Part shown: piece after piece, positions 24,236 through 38,100 of the stretch
Layout: each line of letters starts with the position of its first letter
Position numbering within the stretch: position 1 is the first letter of the stretch
Source: Eledone cirrhosa
Lineage: Eukaryota
Assembly: GCA_964016885.1 (NCBI GenBank)
Contig: OZ024741.1
Coordinates: forward strand, 259,222,001 to 259,286,000
Direction of reading: 5' to 3'
Length of the DNA: 64,000 nt
The notes under the pieces: generated by a model
The model's input: the letters and a program-made list of their open reading frames with translations, nothing else
Databases searched by the model: none
What the model was told of the DNA's origin: nothing
Translations under genes and position numbers: made by a program

Positions 24236-26854
24236 TCGTAAGTCGAAGCACTCGTAAGTCAGAACACTCGTAAGTCAGAACACTCTTAAGTCAGAACACT
24301 CGTATCGAAACACTCGTATGTCAAAACACCCGTAAGTCAAAACACTCGTAAGTCGAAACACTCGTAAGTCGAAACACTCGTAAGCCGAAACACTCGTAAG
24401 CCGAAACACTCGTAAGCCGAAACACTCGTAAGTCGAAACACTCGTAAGTCAGAACACTCATAAGTCAGAACACTCGTAAGTCGAAACACTCGTAAGCCGA
24501 AACACCGTAAGTCGAAACACCCGTATGTCGAAACACTCGTAAGCCGAAACACTCTTAAGTCGAAACACTCATAAGCCGAAACACTCGTAAGTCGGAACAC
24601 TCGTAAATCAGAACACCCGCAAGTCAGAACACTCGTAAATCAGAACACTCTTAAGTCGAAACTTACGTACGCCGAAACAATCGTAAGTCGAAACACTCGT
24701 AAGTCGAAACATCCTTAAGTCGAAACACTCGTACACCGAAACACTCGTAAGTATAAACATTAGTAAGTCGAAACACTCGTATGTCGAAACACTCGTAAAC
24801 CGAAACACTCGTAAGTCGGAACACTCGTAAGTCAGAACACTCGTAAGTCAGAACACTCGTAAGTCGAAACACTCATAAGTCGAAACACCCGTAAGTCGAA
24901 ACACTCGTATGTCGAATAACTCGTAAGCCGAAACACCGTAAGTCAAAACACTCGTAAGTCGAAACACTCGTAAGTCGAAACACCCATAAGCCGAAACACT
25001 CGTAAGCCAAAACATTCGTATGTCGAAACACTCGTAAGTCGAAACACCCATAGCCGAAACACTTGTAAGTCTGAACACACGTAAGTCAGAACACCCGTAA
25101 GTCAGAACACTCGTAAGTCAGAACACTCGTAAGTCAGAACACTCGTAAGTCAGAACACTCGTAAGTCAGAGCACTCGTATCGAAACACTCGTATGTCAAA
25201 ACACCCGTAAGTCAAAACACTCGTAAGTCGAAACACTCGTAAGCCGAAACACCGTAAGCCAAAACACTCGTAAGTCGAAACACCCCTAAGTCGGAACACT
25301 CGTAAGTCGAAACACTCGTAAGTCGAAACACTCGTAAGCCGAAACACTCGTAAGCCGAAACACTCGTAAGTCGGAACACTCGTAAGTCGGAACACTCGTA
25401 AGTCAGAACACTCGTAAGTCAGAACACTCGTAAGTCAGAACACTCGTAAGTCAGAACACTCGTAAGTCGAAACACTCGTATCGAAACACTCGTATGTCAA
25501 AACACCCGTAAGTCAAAACACTCGTAAGTCGAAACACTCGTAAGTCGAAACATTCGTAAGTCGAAACATCCGTAAATCAGAACACTCTTATGTCGAAACA
25601 CTCGTAAGTCGAAACACTCGTAAGCCGAAACACTCGTAAGTCGAAGCACTCGTATCGAAACACTCGTAAGTCGAAACACCCTTAAGTCAAAACACTCGTA
25701 AACCAAAACACTCGTAAGTCGAAACACTCGTAAGTCGGAACACTCGTAAGTCAGAACACTCGTAAGTCAGAACACTCGTAAGTGGAAACACGCGTAAGTC
25801 GAAACACTCATAAGTCGAAACACTCGTAAGTCGAAACACCCGTAAGTCGAAACACCCGTAAGTCGAAACACTCGTATGTCGAATAACTCGTAAGCCGAAA
25901 CACCGTAAGTCAAAACACTCGTAAGTCGAAACACTCGTAAGTCGAAACACCCATAAGCCGAAACACTCGTAAGCCAAAACATTCGTAAGTCGAAACACTC
26001 GTAAACCGAAACACTCGTAAGCCAAAACATTCGTATGTCGAAACACTCGTAAGTCGAAACACCCATAGCCGAAACACTCGTAAGTCTGAACACACGTAAG
26101 TCAGAACAGCCGTAAGTCAGAACACTCGTAAGTCAGAACACTCGTAAGTCAGAACACTCGTAAGTCAGAGCACTCGTATCGAAACACTCGTATGTCAAAA
26201 CACCCGTAAGTCAAAACACTCGTAAGTCGAAACACTCGTAAGTCGAAACACTCGTATGTCGAAACATCCGTAAATCAGAACACTCGTAAGTCGAAACACT
26301 CGTAAGTCGAAACACTCGTAAGCCGAAACACTCGTAAGTCGAAGCACTCGTATCGAAACACTCGTAAGTCGAAACACCCTTAAGTCAAAACACTCGTAAG
26401 CCAAAACACTCGTAAGTCGAAACACTCGTAAGTCGGAACACTCGTAAGTCAGAACACTCGTAAGTCAGAACACTCGTAAGTGGAAACACGCGTAAGTCGA
26501 AAGACCCGTAAGTCAAAAATCGCGTAAGTCAAAACACTCGTAAGCCGAAACACTCGTAAGTCGAAACACTCGTAAGTCGAAACACCCGTAAGTCAGAACA
26601 CTCGTAAGTCAGAACACTCGTAAGTCGAAACACTCGTAAGCCGAAACATCCGTAAGTCAAAACATCCGTAAGTCAAAACATTCGTAAGTCGAAACACCCG
26701 TAGTCGAAACACTCGCAAGTCGAAACACTCGTAAGTCGAAACACGCGTAAGTCGAAACACATGTAAGTCAAAACACTCGTAAGTCAAAACACTCGTAAGC
26801 CGAAACACTCGTAAGTCGAAACACTCGTAAGTCGAAACACTCGTAAAGCGAAAC

Positions 26855-26923
26855 GTATAAATAAATATTAATGTAATGAATTTGAAAAGCATAGAGATTT
26901 GAAACCGCGTCTATTTGTTATTT
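26855..26923 (+). repeat. 69-bp element, allele B (copy 17)
   Basis: Matches copy 2. Confidence 0.95.
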
Positions 26924-27731
26924 TCGTAAGTCGAAACACTCGTAAGCCGAAACACTCGTGAGCCGAAACACTCGTAAGTCGGAACACTCGTAAGTCAGAA
27001 CACTCGTAAGTCAGAACACTCGTAAGTTAGAACACTCGTAAGTCAGAACACTCGTAAGTCAGAACACTCGTAAGTCGAAACACTCGTATCGAAACACTCG
27101 TATGTCAAAACACCCGTAAGTCAAAACACTCGTAAGTCGAAACACTCGTAAGTCGAAACACTCGTAAGCCGAAACACTCGTAAGCCGAAACACTCGTAAG
27201 TCGGAACACTCGTAAGTCGGAACACTCGTAAGTCAGAACACTCGTAAGTCAGAACACTCGTAAGTCAGAACACTCGTAAGTCAGAACACTCGTAAGTCGA
27301 AACACTCGTATCGAAGCACTCGTATGTCAAAACACCCGTAAGTCAAAACACTCGTAAGTCGAAACACTCGTAAGTCGAAACACTCGTATGTCGAAACATC
27401 CGTAAATCAGAACACTCGTAAGTCGAAACACTCGTAAGTCGAAACACTCGTAAGCCGAAACACTCGTAAGTCGAAGCACTCGTATCGAAACACTCGTAAG
27501 TCGAAACACCCTTAAGTCAAAACACTCGTAAGCCAAAACACTCGTAAGTCGAAACACTCGTAAGTCGGAACACTCGTAAGTCAGAACACTCGTAAGTCAG
27601 AACACTCGTAAGTGGAAACACGCGTAAGTCGAAAGACCCGTAAGTCAAAAATCTCGTAAGTCAAAACACTCGTAAGCCGAAACACTCGTAAGTCGAAACA
27701 CTCGTAAGTCGAAACATTCGTAAAGCGAAAC

Positions 27732-27800
27732 GTATAAATAAAGATTAATGTAATGAACTTGAAAAGCATAGATATTTGAAACCGCGTCTATTTGTTATTT
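27732..27800 (+). repeat. 69-bp element, allele A (copy 18)
   Basis: Matches copy 1. Confidence 0.95.
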
Positions 27801-29040
27801 TCGTAAGTCGAAACACTCGTAAGTCAGAACACTCGTAAGTCAGAACACTCTTAAGTCAGAACACTCGTATCGAAACACGTATGTCAAAACACCCGTAAGT
27901 CAAAACACTCGTAAGTCGAAACACTCGTAAGTCGAAACACTCGTAAGCCGAAACAATCGTAAGTCAAAACACTCGTAAGTCGAAACACTCGTAAGCCGAA
28001 AATACTCGTAAGTCGGAACACCCGTAAGCCGAAACCCTCGTAGGTCGGAACACTCGTAAGTCGAAACACTCGTAAGTCGAAACACCCGTAAGTCGAAACA
28101 CTCGTAAGTCGAAACACCCGTAAGTCGAAACATCCGTAAGTCAAAACACTCGTATGTCGAAACACTCGTAAGCCGAAACACTCGTAAGTCGGAACACTCG
28201 CAAGTCAGAACACTCGTAAGTCAGAACACTCGTAAGTCAGAACACTCGTAAGTCGAAACATTCGTAAGTCGAAACACCCGTAAGTCGAAACGCCCGTAAG
28301 TCAAAACACTCGTATGTCGAAACACTCGCAAGCCGAAAAACCGTAAGTCAAAACACTCGTAAGTCGAAACACTCGTAAATCGAAACACTCGTAAGCCGAA
28401 ACACTCGTAAGCGAAAACATTCGTTAGTCGAAACACTCGTAACCCGAAACACTCGTAAGTCGAAACACTCGAAAGCCGAAACACTCGTAAGTCGAAACAC
28501 TCATAAGCCGAAACACTCGTAAGTCGGAACACTCGTAAGTCAGAACACCCGTAAATCAGAACACTCGTAGTCAGAACACTCGTAAGTCGAAACACTCGTA
28601 AGCCGAAACACTCGCAAGTCGAAGCACTCGTAATCCGAAACACTCTTAAGTCGAAACACTCGTAAGTCGGAACACTCGTAAGTCAGAACACTCGTAAGTC
28701 AGAACACTCGTAAGTCGAAACACTCGTAAGCCGAAACACTCGCAAGTCGAAGCGCTCGTAATCCGAAACACTCTTAAGTCGAAACACTCTTAAGTCGAAA
28801 CACTCGTAAGTCGGAACACTCGTAAGCCGAAACATCCGTAAGTCAAAACATCCGTAAGTCAAAACATTCGTAAGTCGAAACACCCGTAGTCGAAACACTC
28901 GCAAGTCGAAACACTCGTAAGTCGAAACACGCGTAAGTCGAAACACATGTAAGTCAAAACACTCGTAAGTCAAAACACTCGTAAGCCGAAACACTCGTAA
29001 GTCGAAACACTCGTAAGTCGAAACACTCGTAAAGCGAAAC

Positions 29041-29109
29041 GTATAAATAAATATTAATGTAATGAATTTGAAAAGCATAGAGATTTGAAACCGCGTCTAT
29101 TTGTTATTT
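29041..29109 (+). repeat. 69-bp element, allele B (copy 19)
   Basis: Matches copy 2; last copy before the 22-kb insert-free domain. Confidence 0.95.
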
Positions 29110-32100
29110 TCGTAAGTCGAAACACTCGTAAGCCGAAACACTCGTGAGCCGAAACACTCGTAAGTCGGAACACTCGTAAGTCAGAACACTCGTAAGTCAG
29201 AACACTCGTAAGTTAGAACACTCGTAAGTCAGAACACTCGTAAGTCAGAACACTCGTAAGTCGAAACACTCGTATCGAAACACTCGTATGTCAAAACACT
29301 CGTAAGTCAGAACACTCATAAGTCAGAACACTCGTAAGTCAGAACACTCGTAAGTCGAAACACTCGTAAGCCGAAACACCGTAAGTCGAAACACCCGTAT
29401 GTCGAAACACTCGTAAGCCGAAACACTCTTAAGTCGAAACACTCATAAGCCGAAACACTCGTAAGTCGGAACACTCGTAAATCAGAACACCCGCAAGTCA
29501 GAACACTCGTAAATCAGAACACTCTTAAGTCGAAACTTACGTACGCCGAAACAATCGTAAGTCGAAACACTCGTAAGTCGAAACATCCTTAAGTCGAAAC
29601 ACTCGTACACCGAAACACTCGTAAGTATAAACATTAGTAAGTCGAAACACTCGTATGTCGAAACACTCGTAAACCGAAACACTCGTAAGTCGGAACACTC
29701 GTAAGTCAGAACACTCGTAAGTCAGAACACTCGTAAGTCGAAACACTCATAAGTCGAAACACCCGTAAGTCGAAACACTCGTATGTCGAATAACTCGTAA
29801 GCCGAAACACCGTAAGTCAAAACACTCGTAAGTCGAAACACTCGTAAGTCGAAACACCCATAAGCCGAAACACTCGTAAGCCAAAACATTCGTAAGTCGA
29901 AACACTCGTAAACCGAAACACTCGTAAGCCAAAACATTCGTATGTCGAAACACTCGTAAGTCGAAACACCCATAGCCGAAACACTTGTAAGTCTGAACAC
30001 ACGTAAGTCAGAACACCCGTAAGTCAGAACACTCGTAAGTCAGAACACTCGTAAGTCAGAACACTCGTAAGTCAGAACACTCGTAAGTCAGAGCACTCGT
30101 ATCGAAACACTCGTATGTCAAAACACCCGTAAGTCAAAACACTCGTAAGTCGAAACACTCGTAAGCCGAAACACCGTAAGTCAAAACACTCGTAAGTCGA
30201 AACACCCCTAAGTCGGAACACTCGTAAGTCGAAACACTCGTAAGTCGAAACACTCGTAAGCCGAAACACTCGTAAGCCGAAACACTCGTAAGTCGGAACA
30301 CTCGTAAGTCGGAACACTCGTAAGTCAGAACACTCGTAAGTCAGAACACTCGTAAGTCAGAACACTCGTAAGTCAGAACACTCGTAAGTCGAAACACTCG
30401 TATCGAAACACTCGTATGTCAAAACACCCGTAAGTCAAAACACTCGTAAGTCGAAACACTCGTAAGTCGAAACATTCGTAAGTCGAAACATCCGTAAATC
30501 AGAACACTCTTAAGTCGAAACACTCGTAAGTCGAAACACTCGTAAGCCGAAACACTCGTAAGTCGAAGCACTCGTATCGAAACACTCGTAAGTCGAAACA
30601 CCCTTAAGTCAAAACACTCGTAAGCCAAAACACTCGTAAGTCGAAACACTCGTAAGTCGGAACACTCGTAAGTCAGAACACTCGTAAGTCAGAACACTCG
30701 TAAGTGGAAACACGCGTAAGTCGAAACACTCATAAGTCGAAACACTCGTAAGTCGAAACACCCGTAAGTCGAAACACCCGTAAGTCGAAACACTCGTATG
30801 TCGAATAACTCGTAAGCCGAAACACCGTAAGTCAAAACACTCGTAAGTCGAAACACTCGTAAGTCGAAACACCCATAAGCCGAAACACTCGTAAGCCAAA
30901 ACATTCGTAAGTCGAAACACTCGTAAACCGAAACACTCGTAAGCCAAAACATTCGTAAGTCGAAACACTCGTAAGTCGAAACACCCATAGCCGAAACACT
31001 CGTAAGTCTGAACACACGTAAGTCAGAACAGCCGTAAGTCAGAACACTCGTAAGTCAGAACACTCGTAAGTCAGAACACTCGTAAGTCAGAGCACTCGTA
31101 TCGAAACACTCGTATGTCAAAACACCCGTAAGTCAAAACACTCGTAAGTCGAAACACTCGTAAGTCGAAACACTCGTATGTCGAAACATCCGTAAATCAG
31201 AACACTCGTAAGTCGAAACACTCGTAAGTCGAAACACTCGTAAGCCGAAACACTCGTAAGTCGAAGCACTCGTATCGAAACACTCGTAAGTCGAAACACC
31301 CTTAAGTCAAAACACTCGTAAGCCAAAACACTCGTAAGTCGAAACACTCGTAAGTCGGAACACTCGTAAGTCAGAACACTCGTAAGTCAGAACACTCGTA
31401 AGTGGAAACACGCGTAAGTCGAAAGACCCGTAAGTCAAAAATCTCGTAAGTCAAAACACTCGTAAGCCGAAACACTCGTAAGTCGAAACACTCGTAAGTC
31501 GAAACACCCGTAAGTCGGAACACTCGTAAGTCAGAATACTCGTAAGTCAAAACACTCGTAAACCGGAACACCCGTAAGGCAAAACATTCGCATGTCAAAA
31601 CACTCGTAAGTCGAAACACTCGTAAGCCGAAACACTCGTAAGTCGAAACACTCGTAAGTCGAAACACTCGTAAGTCGAAACACTCGTAAGTCAGTGCACC
31701 CGTAAGTCAGAACACTCGTAGTCAGAATACTCGTAAGTCGAAACACTCGTATGTCGAAACACCCGTAAGTCGAAACATCCGTAAGTCAAAACACTCGTAT
31801 GTCGAAACACTCGTAAGCCGAAACACTCATAAGTCGAAACACTCGTAAGCCGAAACACCCGTAAGTCAAAACATTCGTAAGTCAAAACACTCGTAAGTCG
31901 AAACACCCGTAAGTCAAAACACTCGTATGTCGAAACACTCGTAAGCCGAAACAACGTAAGTAAAAACACTCGTAAGTCGAAACACCCATAAGTCGAAACA
32001 CTCGTAAGCCGAAACACTCGTAAGTCGAAACACTCATAAGCCGAAACACTCGTATGTCGGAACACTCGTAAATCAGAACACCCGCAAGTCAGAACACTCG

Positions 32101-35100
32101 TAAATCAGAACGCTCTTAAGTCGAAACTCACGTACGCTGAAACACTCGTAAGTCGAAACACTCGTAAGTCGAAACATCCTTAAGTCGAAACACTCGTACA
32201 CCGAAACACTCGTAAGTATAAACATTAGTAAGTCGAAACACTCGTAAGCCGAAACACTCGTAAGTCGAAACACCCGTAAATCGAAACACCCGTAAGTCAA
32301 AACACTCGTATGTCGAAACACTCGTAAACCGAAACACTCGTAAGTCGGAACACTCGTAAGTCAGAACACTCGTAAGTCAGAACACTCGTAAGTCGAAATA
32401 CTCATAAGTCGAAACACTCGTAAGTCGAAACACCCGTAAGTCGAAACCCCCGTAAGTCGAAACACTCGTATGTCGAATAACTCGTAAGCTGAAACACCGT
32501 AAGTCAAAACACTCGTAAGTCAAAACACTCGTAAGTCGAAACACCCATAAGCCGAAACACTCGTAAGCCAAAACATTCGTAAGTCGAAACACTCGTAAGC
32601 CGAAACACTCGTAAGCCGAAACACTCGTAAGTCGGAACACTCGTAAGTCGGAACACTCGTAAGTCAGAACACTCGTAAGTCAGAACACTCGTAAGTCAGA
32701 ACACTCGTAAGTCAGAACACTCGTAAGTCGAAACACTCGTATCGAAACACTCGTATGTCAAAACACCAGTAAGTCGAAACACTCGTATCGAAACACTCGT
32801 ATTTCAAAACACCAGTAAGTCAAAACACTCGTAAGTCGAAACACTCGTAAGCCGAAACACCGTAAGTCGAAACACCCGTATGTCGAAACACTCGTAAGCC
32901 GAAACACTCGTAAGTCGAAACACTCGTAGTCGAAACACTCGTAAGTCGAAACACCCGTAAGTCGAAACACTCGTAAGTCGAAACACTCGTAAGCCGAAAC
33001 ACTCGTAAGTCGAAACACTCATAAGCCGAAACACTCGTAAGTCGAAACACTCGTAAGTCAGAACACTCGTAGTCAGAACACTCGTAAGTCAAACCACTCG
33101 TAAGCCGAAACACTCGTAAGTCGAAACACTCGTAAGTCGAAACACTCGTAAGTCGAAAAACTCGTAAGCCGGAACACTCGTAAGTCAGAACACTCGTAAG
33201 TCAGAACACTCGTAAGTCGAAACACTCGTAAGCCGAAACACCCGTAAGTCGAAACATTCGTAAGTCGAAACACCCGTAAGTCGAAACACTCGTAAGTCGA
33301 AACACTCGTAAGTCGAAACACCGTAAGTCAAAACACTCGTATGTCGAAACATCCGTAAATCAGAACACTCCTAAGTCAAAACACTCGTAAGTCGAAACAC
33401 TCGTAAGTCAAAACTCTCGTACGCCGAAACACTCGTAAGTAAAAACATTAGTAAGTCGAAACACTCGTAAGCCGAAACACTCATAAGTCGAAACACTCGT
33501 AAGCCGAAACACCCGTAAGTCAAAACATTCGTAAGTCAAAACACTCGTAAGTCGAAACACCCGTAAGTCGAAACACTCGTATGTCGAAACACTCGTAAGC
33601 CGAAACACCGTAAGTAAAAATACTCGTAAGTCGAAACACCCACAAGTCGAAACACTCGTAAGCCGAAACACTCGTAAGTCGAAACACTCATAAGCCGAAA
33701 CACTCGTAAGTCGGAACACTCGTAAATCAGAACACCCGCAAGTCAGAACACTCGTATCGAAACACTCGTATGTCAAAACACCCGTAAGTCAAAACACTCG
33801 TAAGTCGAAACACTCGTAAGCCGAAACACCGTAAGTAAAAAAACTCGTAAGTCGAAATACTCGTAAGTCGAAACACTCGTAAGCCGAAACAATCGTAATT
33901 CAAAACACTCGTAAGTCGAAACACTCGTAAGCCGAAACAATCGTAAGTCGAAACACTCGTAAGCCGAAAATACTCGTAAGTCGGAACACCCGTAAGCCGA
34001 AACACTCGTATGTCGAAACACTCGTAAGCCGAAACAACATAAGTAAAAACACTCGTAAGTCGAAACACCCATAAGTCGAAACACTCGTAAGCCGAAACAC
34101 TCGTAAGTCGAAACACTCATAAGCCGAAACACTCGTAAGTCGGAACACTCGTAAATCAGAACACCCGCAAGTCAGAACACTCGTAAATCAGAACACTCTT
34201 AAGTCGAAACTCACGTACGCCGAAACACTCGTAAGTCGAAACACTCGTAAGTCGAAACATCCTTAAGTCGAAACACTCGTACACCGAAACACTCGTAAGT
34301 ATAAACATTAGTAAGTCGAAACACTCGTATGTCGAAACACTCGTAAACCGAAACACTCGTAAGTCGGAACACTCGTAAGTCAGAACACTCGTAAGTCAGA
34401 ACACTCGTAAGTCGAAACACTCATAAGTCGAAACACTCGTAAGTCGAAACACCCGTAAGTCGAAACACCCGTAAGTCGAAACACTCGTATGTCGAATAAC
34501 TCGTAAGCCGAAACACCGTAAGTCAAAACACTCGTAAGTCGAAACACTCGTAAGTCGAAACACCCATAAGCCGAAACATTCGTAAGCCAAAACATTCGTA
34601 AGTCGAAACACTCGTAAACCGAAACACTCGTAAGCCAAAACATTCGTAAGTCTAAACACTCGTAAGTCGAAACACCCATAGCCGAAACACTTGTAAGTCT
34701 GAACACACGTAAGTCAGAACACCCGTAAGTCAGAACACTCGTAAGTCAGAACACTCGTAAGTCAGAACACTCGTAAGTCAGAGCACTCGTATCGAAACAC
34801 TCGTATGTCAAAACACCCGTAAGTCAAAACACTCGTAAGTCGAAACACTCGTAAGCCGAAACACCGTAAGCCAAAACACTCGTAAGTCGAAACATCCGTA
34901 AGTCGGAACACTCGTAAGTCGAAACACTCGTAAGTCGAAACACTCGTAAGCCGAAACACTCGTAAGCCGAAACACTCGTAAGTCGGAACACTCGTAAGTC
35001 GGAACACTCGTAAGTCAGAACACTCGTAAGTCAGAACACTCGTAAGTCAGAACACTCGTAAGTCAGAACACTCGTATCGAAACACTCGTATGTCAAAACA

Positions 35101-38100
35101 CCCGTAAGTCAAAACACTCGTAAGTCGAAACACTCGTAAGTCGAAACATTCGTATGTCGAAACATCCGTAAATCAGAACACTCGTAAGTCGAAACACTCG
35201 TAAGTCGAAACACTCGTAAGCCGAAACACTCGTAAGTCGAAGCACTCGTATCGAAACACTCGTAAGTCGAAACACCCTTAAGTCAAAACACTCGTAAGCC
35301 AAAACACTCGTAAGTCGAAACACTCGTAAGTCGGAACACTCGTAAGTCAGAACACTCGTAAGTCAGAACACTCGTAAGTGGAAACACGCGTAAGTCGAAA
35401 CACTCATAAGTCGAAACACTCGTAAGTCGAAACACCCGTAAGTCGAAACACCCGTAAGTCGAAACACTCGTATGTCGAATAACTCGTAAGCCGAAACACC
35501 GTAAGTCAAAACACTCGTAAGTCGAAACACTCGTAAGTCGAAACACCCATAAGCCGAAACACTCGTAAGCCAAAACATTCGTAAGTCGAAACACTCGTAA
35601 ACCGAAACACTCGTAAGCCAAAACATTCGTAAGTCGAAACACTCGTAAGTCGAAACACCCATAGCCGAAACACTCGTAAGTCTGAACACACGTAAGTCAG
35701 AACACTCGTAAGTCAGAACACTCGTAAGTCAGAGCACTCGTATCGAAACACTCGTATGTCAAAACACCCGTAAGTCAAAACACTCGTAAGTCGAAACACT
35801 CGTAAGTCGAAACACTCGTATGTCGAAACATCCGTAAATCAGAACACTCGTAAGTCGAAACACTCGTAAGTCGAAACACTCGTAAGCCGAAACACTCGTA
35901 AGTCGAAGCACTCGTATCGAAACACTCGTAAGTCGAAACACCCTTAAGTCAAAACACTCGTAAGCCAAAACACTCGTAAGTCGAAACACTCGTAAGTCGG
36001 AACACTCGTAAGTCAGAACACTCGTAAGTCAGAACACTCGTAAGTGGAAACACGCGTAAGTCGAAAGACCCGTAAGTCAAAAATCTCGTAAGTCAAAACA
36101 CTCGTAAGCCGAAACACTCGTAAGTCGAAACACTCGTAAGTCGAAACACCCGTAAGTCGGAACACTCGTAAGTCAGAATACTCGTAAGTCAAAACACTCG
36201 TAAACCGGAACACCCGTAAGGCAAAACATTCGCATGTCAAAACACTCGTAAGTCGAAACACTCGTAAGCCGAAACACTCGTAAGTCGAAACACTCGTAAG
36301 TCGAAACACTCGTAAGTCGAAACACTCGTAAGTCAGTGCACCCGTAAGTCAGAACACTCGTAGTCAGAATACTCGTAAGTCGAAACACTCGTATGTCGAA
36401 ACACCCGTAAGTCGAAACATCCGTAAGTCAAAACACTCGTATGTCGAAACACTCGTAAGCCGAAACACTCATAAGTCGAAACACTCGTAAGCCGAAACAC
36501 CCGTAAGTCAAAACATTCGTAAGTCAAAACACTCGTAAGTCGAAACACCCGTAAGTCAAAACACTCGTATGTCGAAACACTCGTAAGCCGAAACAACGTA
36601 AGTAAAAACACTCGTAAGTCGAAACACCCATAAGTCGAAACACTCGTAAGCCGAAACACTCGTAAGTCGAAACACTCATAAGCCGAAACACTCGTATGTC
36701 GGAACACTCGTAAATCAGAACACCCGCAAGTCAGAACACTCGTAAATCAGAACACTCTTAAGTCGAAACTCACGTACGCTGAAACACTCGTAAGTCGAAA
36801 CACTCGTAAGTCGAAACATCCTTAAGTCGAAACACTCGTACACCGAAACACTCGTAAGTATAAACATTAGTAAGTCGAAACACTCGTAAGCCGAAACACT
36901 CGTAAGTCGAAACACCCGTAAATCGAAACACCCGTAAGTCAAAACACTCGTATGTCGAAACACTCGTAAACCGAAACACTCGTAAGTCGGAACACTCGTA
37001 AGTCAGAACACTCGTAAGTCAGAACACTCGTAAGTCGAAACACTCATAAGTCGAAACACTCGTAAGTCGAAACACCCGTAAGTCGAAACCCCCGTAAGTC
37101 GAAACACTCGTATGTCGAATAACTCGTAAGCTTAAACACCGTAAGTCAAAACACTCGTAAGTCAAAACACTCGTAAGTCGAAACACCCATAAGCCGAAAC
37201 ACTCGTAAGCCAAAACATTCGTAAGTCGAAACACTCGTAAGCCGAAACACTCGTAAGCCGAAACACTCGTAAGTCGGAACACTCGTAAGTCGGAACACTC
37301 GTAAGTCAGAACACTCGTAAGTCAGAACACTCGTAAGTCAGAACACTCGTAAGTCAGAACACTCGTAAGTCGAAACACTCGTATCGAAACACTCGTATGT
37401 CAAAACACCAGTAAGTCGAAACACTCGTATCGAAACACTCGTATGTCAAAACACCAGTAAGTCAAAACACTCGTAAGTCGAAACACTCGTAAGCCGAAAC
37501 ACCGTAAGTCGAAACACCCGTATGTCGAAACACTCGTAAGCCGAAACACTCGTAAGTCGAAACACTCGTAGTCGAAACACTCGTAAGTCGAAACACCCGT
37601 AAGTCGAAACACTCGTAAGTCGAAACACTCGTAAGCCGAAACACTCGTAAGTCGAAACACTCATAAGCCGAAACACTCGTAAGTCGAAACACTCGTAAGT
37701 CAGAACACTCGTAGTCAGAACACTCGTAAGTCAAACCACTCGTAAGCCGAAACACTCGTAAGTCGAAACACCCGTAAGTCGAAACACTCGTAAGTCGAAA
37801 AACTCGTAAGCCGGAACACTCGTAAGTCAGAACACTCGTAAGTCAGAACACTCGTAAGTCGAAACACTCGTAAGCCGAAACACCCGTAAGTCGAAACATT
37901 CGTAAGTCGAAACACCCGTAAGTCGAAACACTCGTAAGTCGAAACACTCGTAAGTCGAAACACCGTAAGTCAAAACACTCGTATGTCGAAACATCCGTAA
38001 ATCAGAACACTCCTAAGTCAAAACACTCGTAAGTCGAAACACTCGTAAGTCAAAAATACTCGTAAGTCGAAACACCCTTAAGTAAAAACACTCGTAAGTC

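Larger units (their letters stand above)
6098..29109 (+). repeat. Insert-bearing domain: ~2.07-kb higher-order repeat (HOR-1), interrupted by HOR-2-type segments at about 11.9-13.9, 20.9-21.7 and 24.4-26.6 kb
   Basis: 19 copies of the 69-bp element. A-to-A periods in uninterrupted runs are 2090, 2027, 2074, 2044, 2074 and 2074 bp. Marker monomers (AAACCCTCGTAGG, AAACGCCCG, GCGAAAACATTCGTTAG, ACACATGT, GTGAGCC) recur in the same order. Confidence 0.9.

Noticed and set aside
6249-29109. CRISPR-like array (constant element containing ATTTGAAAC, separated by variable sequence)
   Set aside because: The repeat is 69 bp, the intervening 0.8-1.2-kb stretches are satellite rather than unique 25-45-bp spacers, and there are no cas genes or leader.
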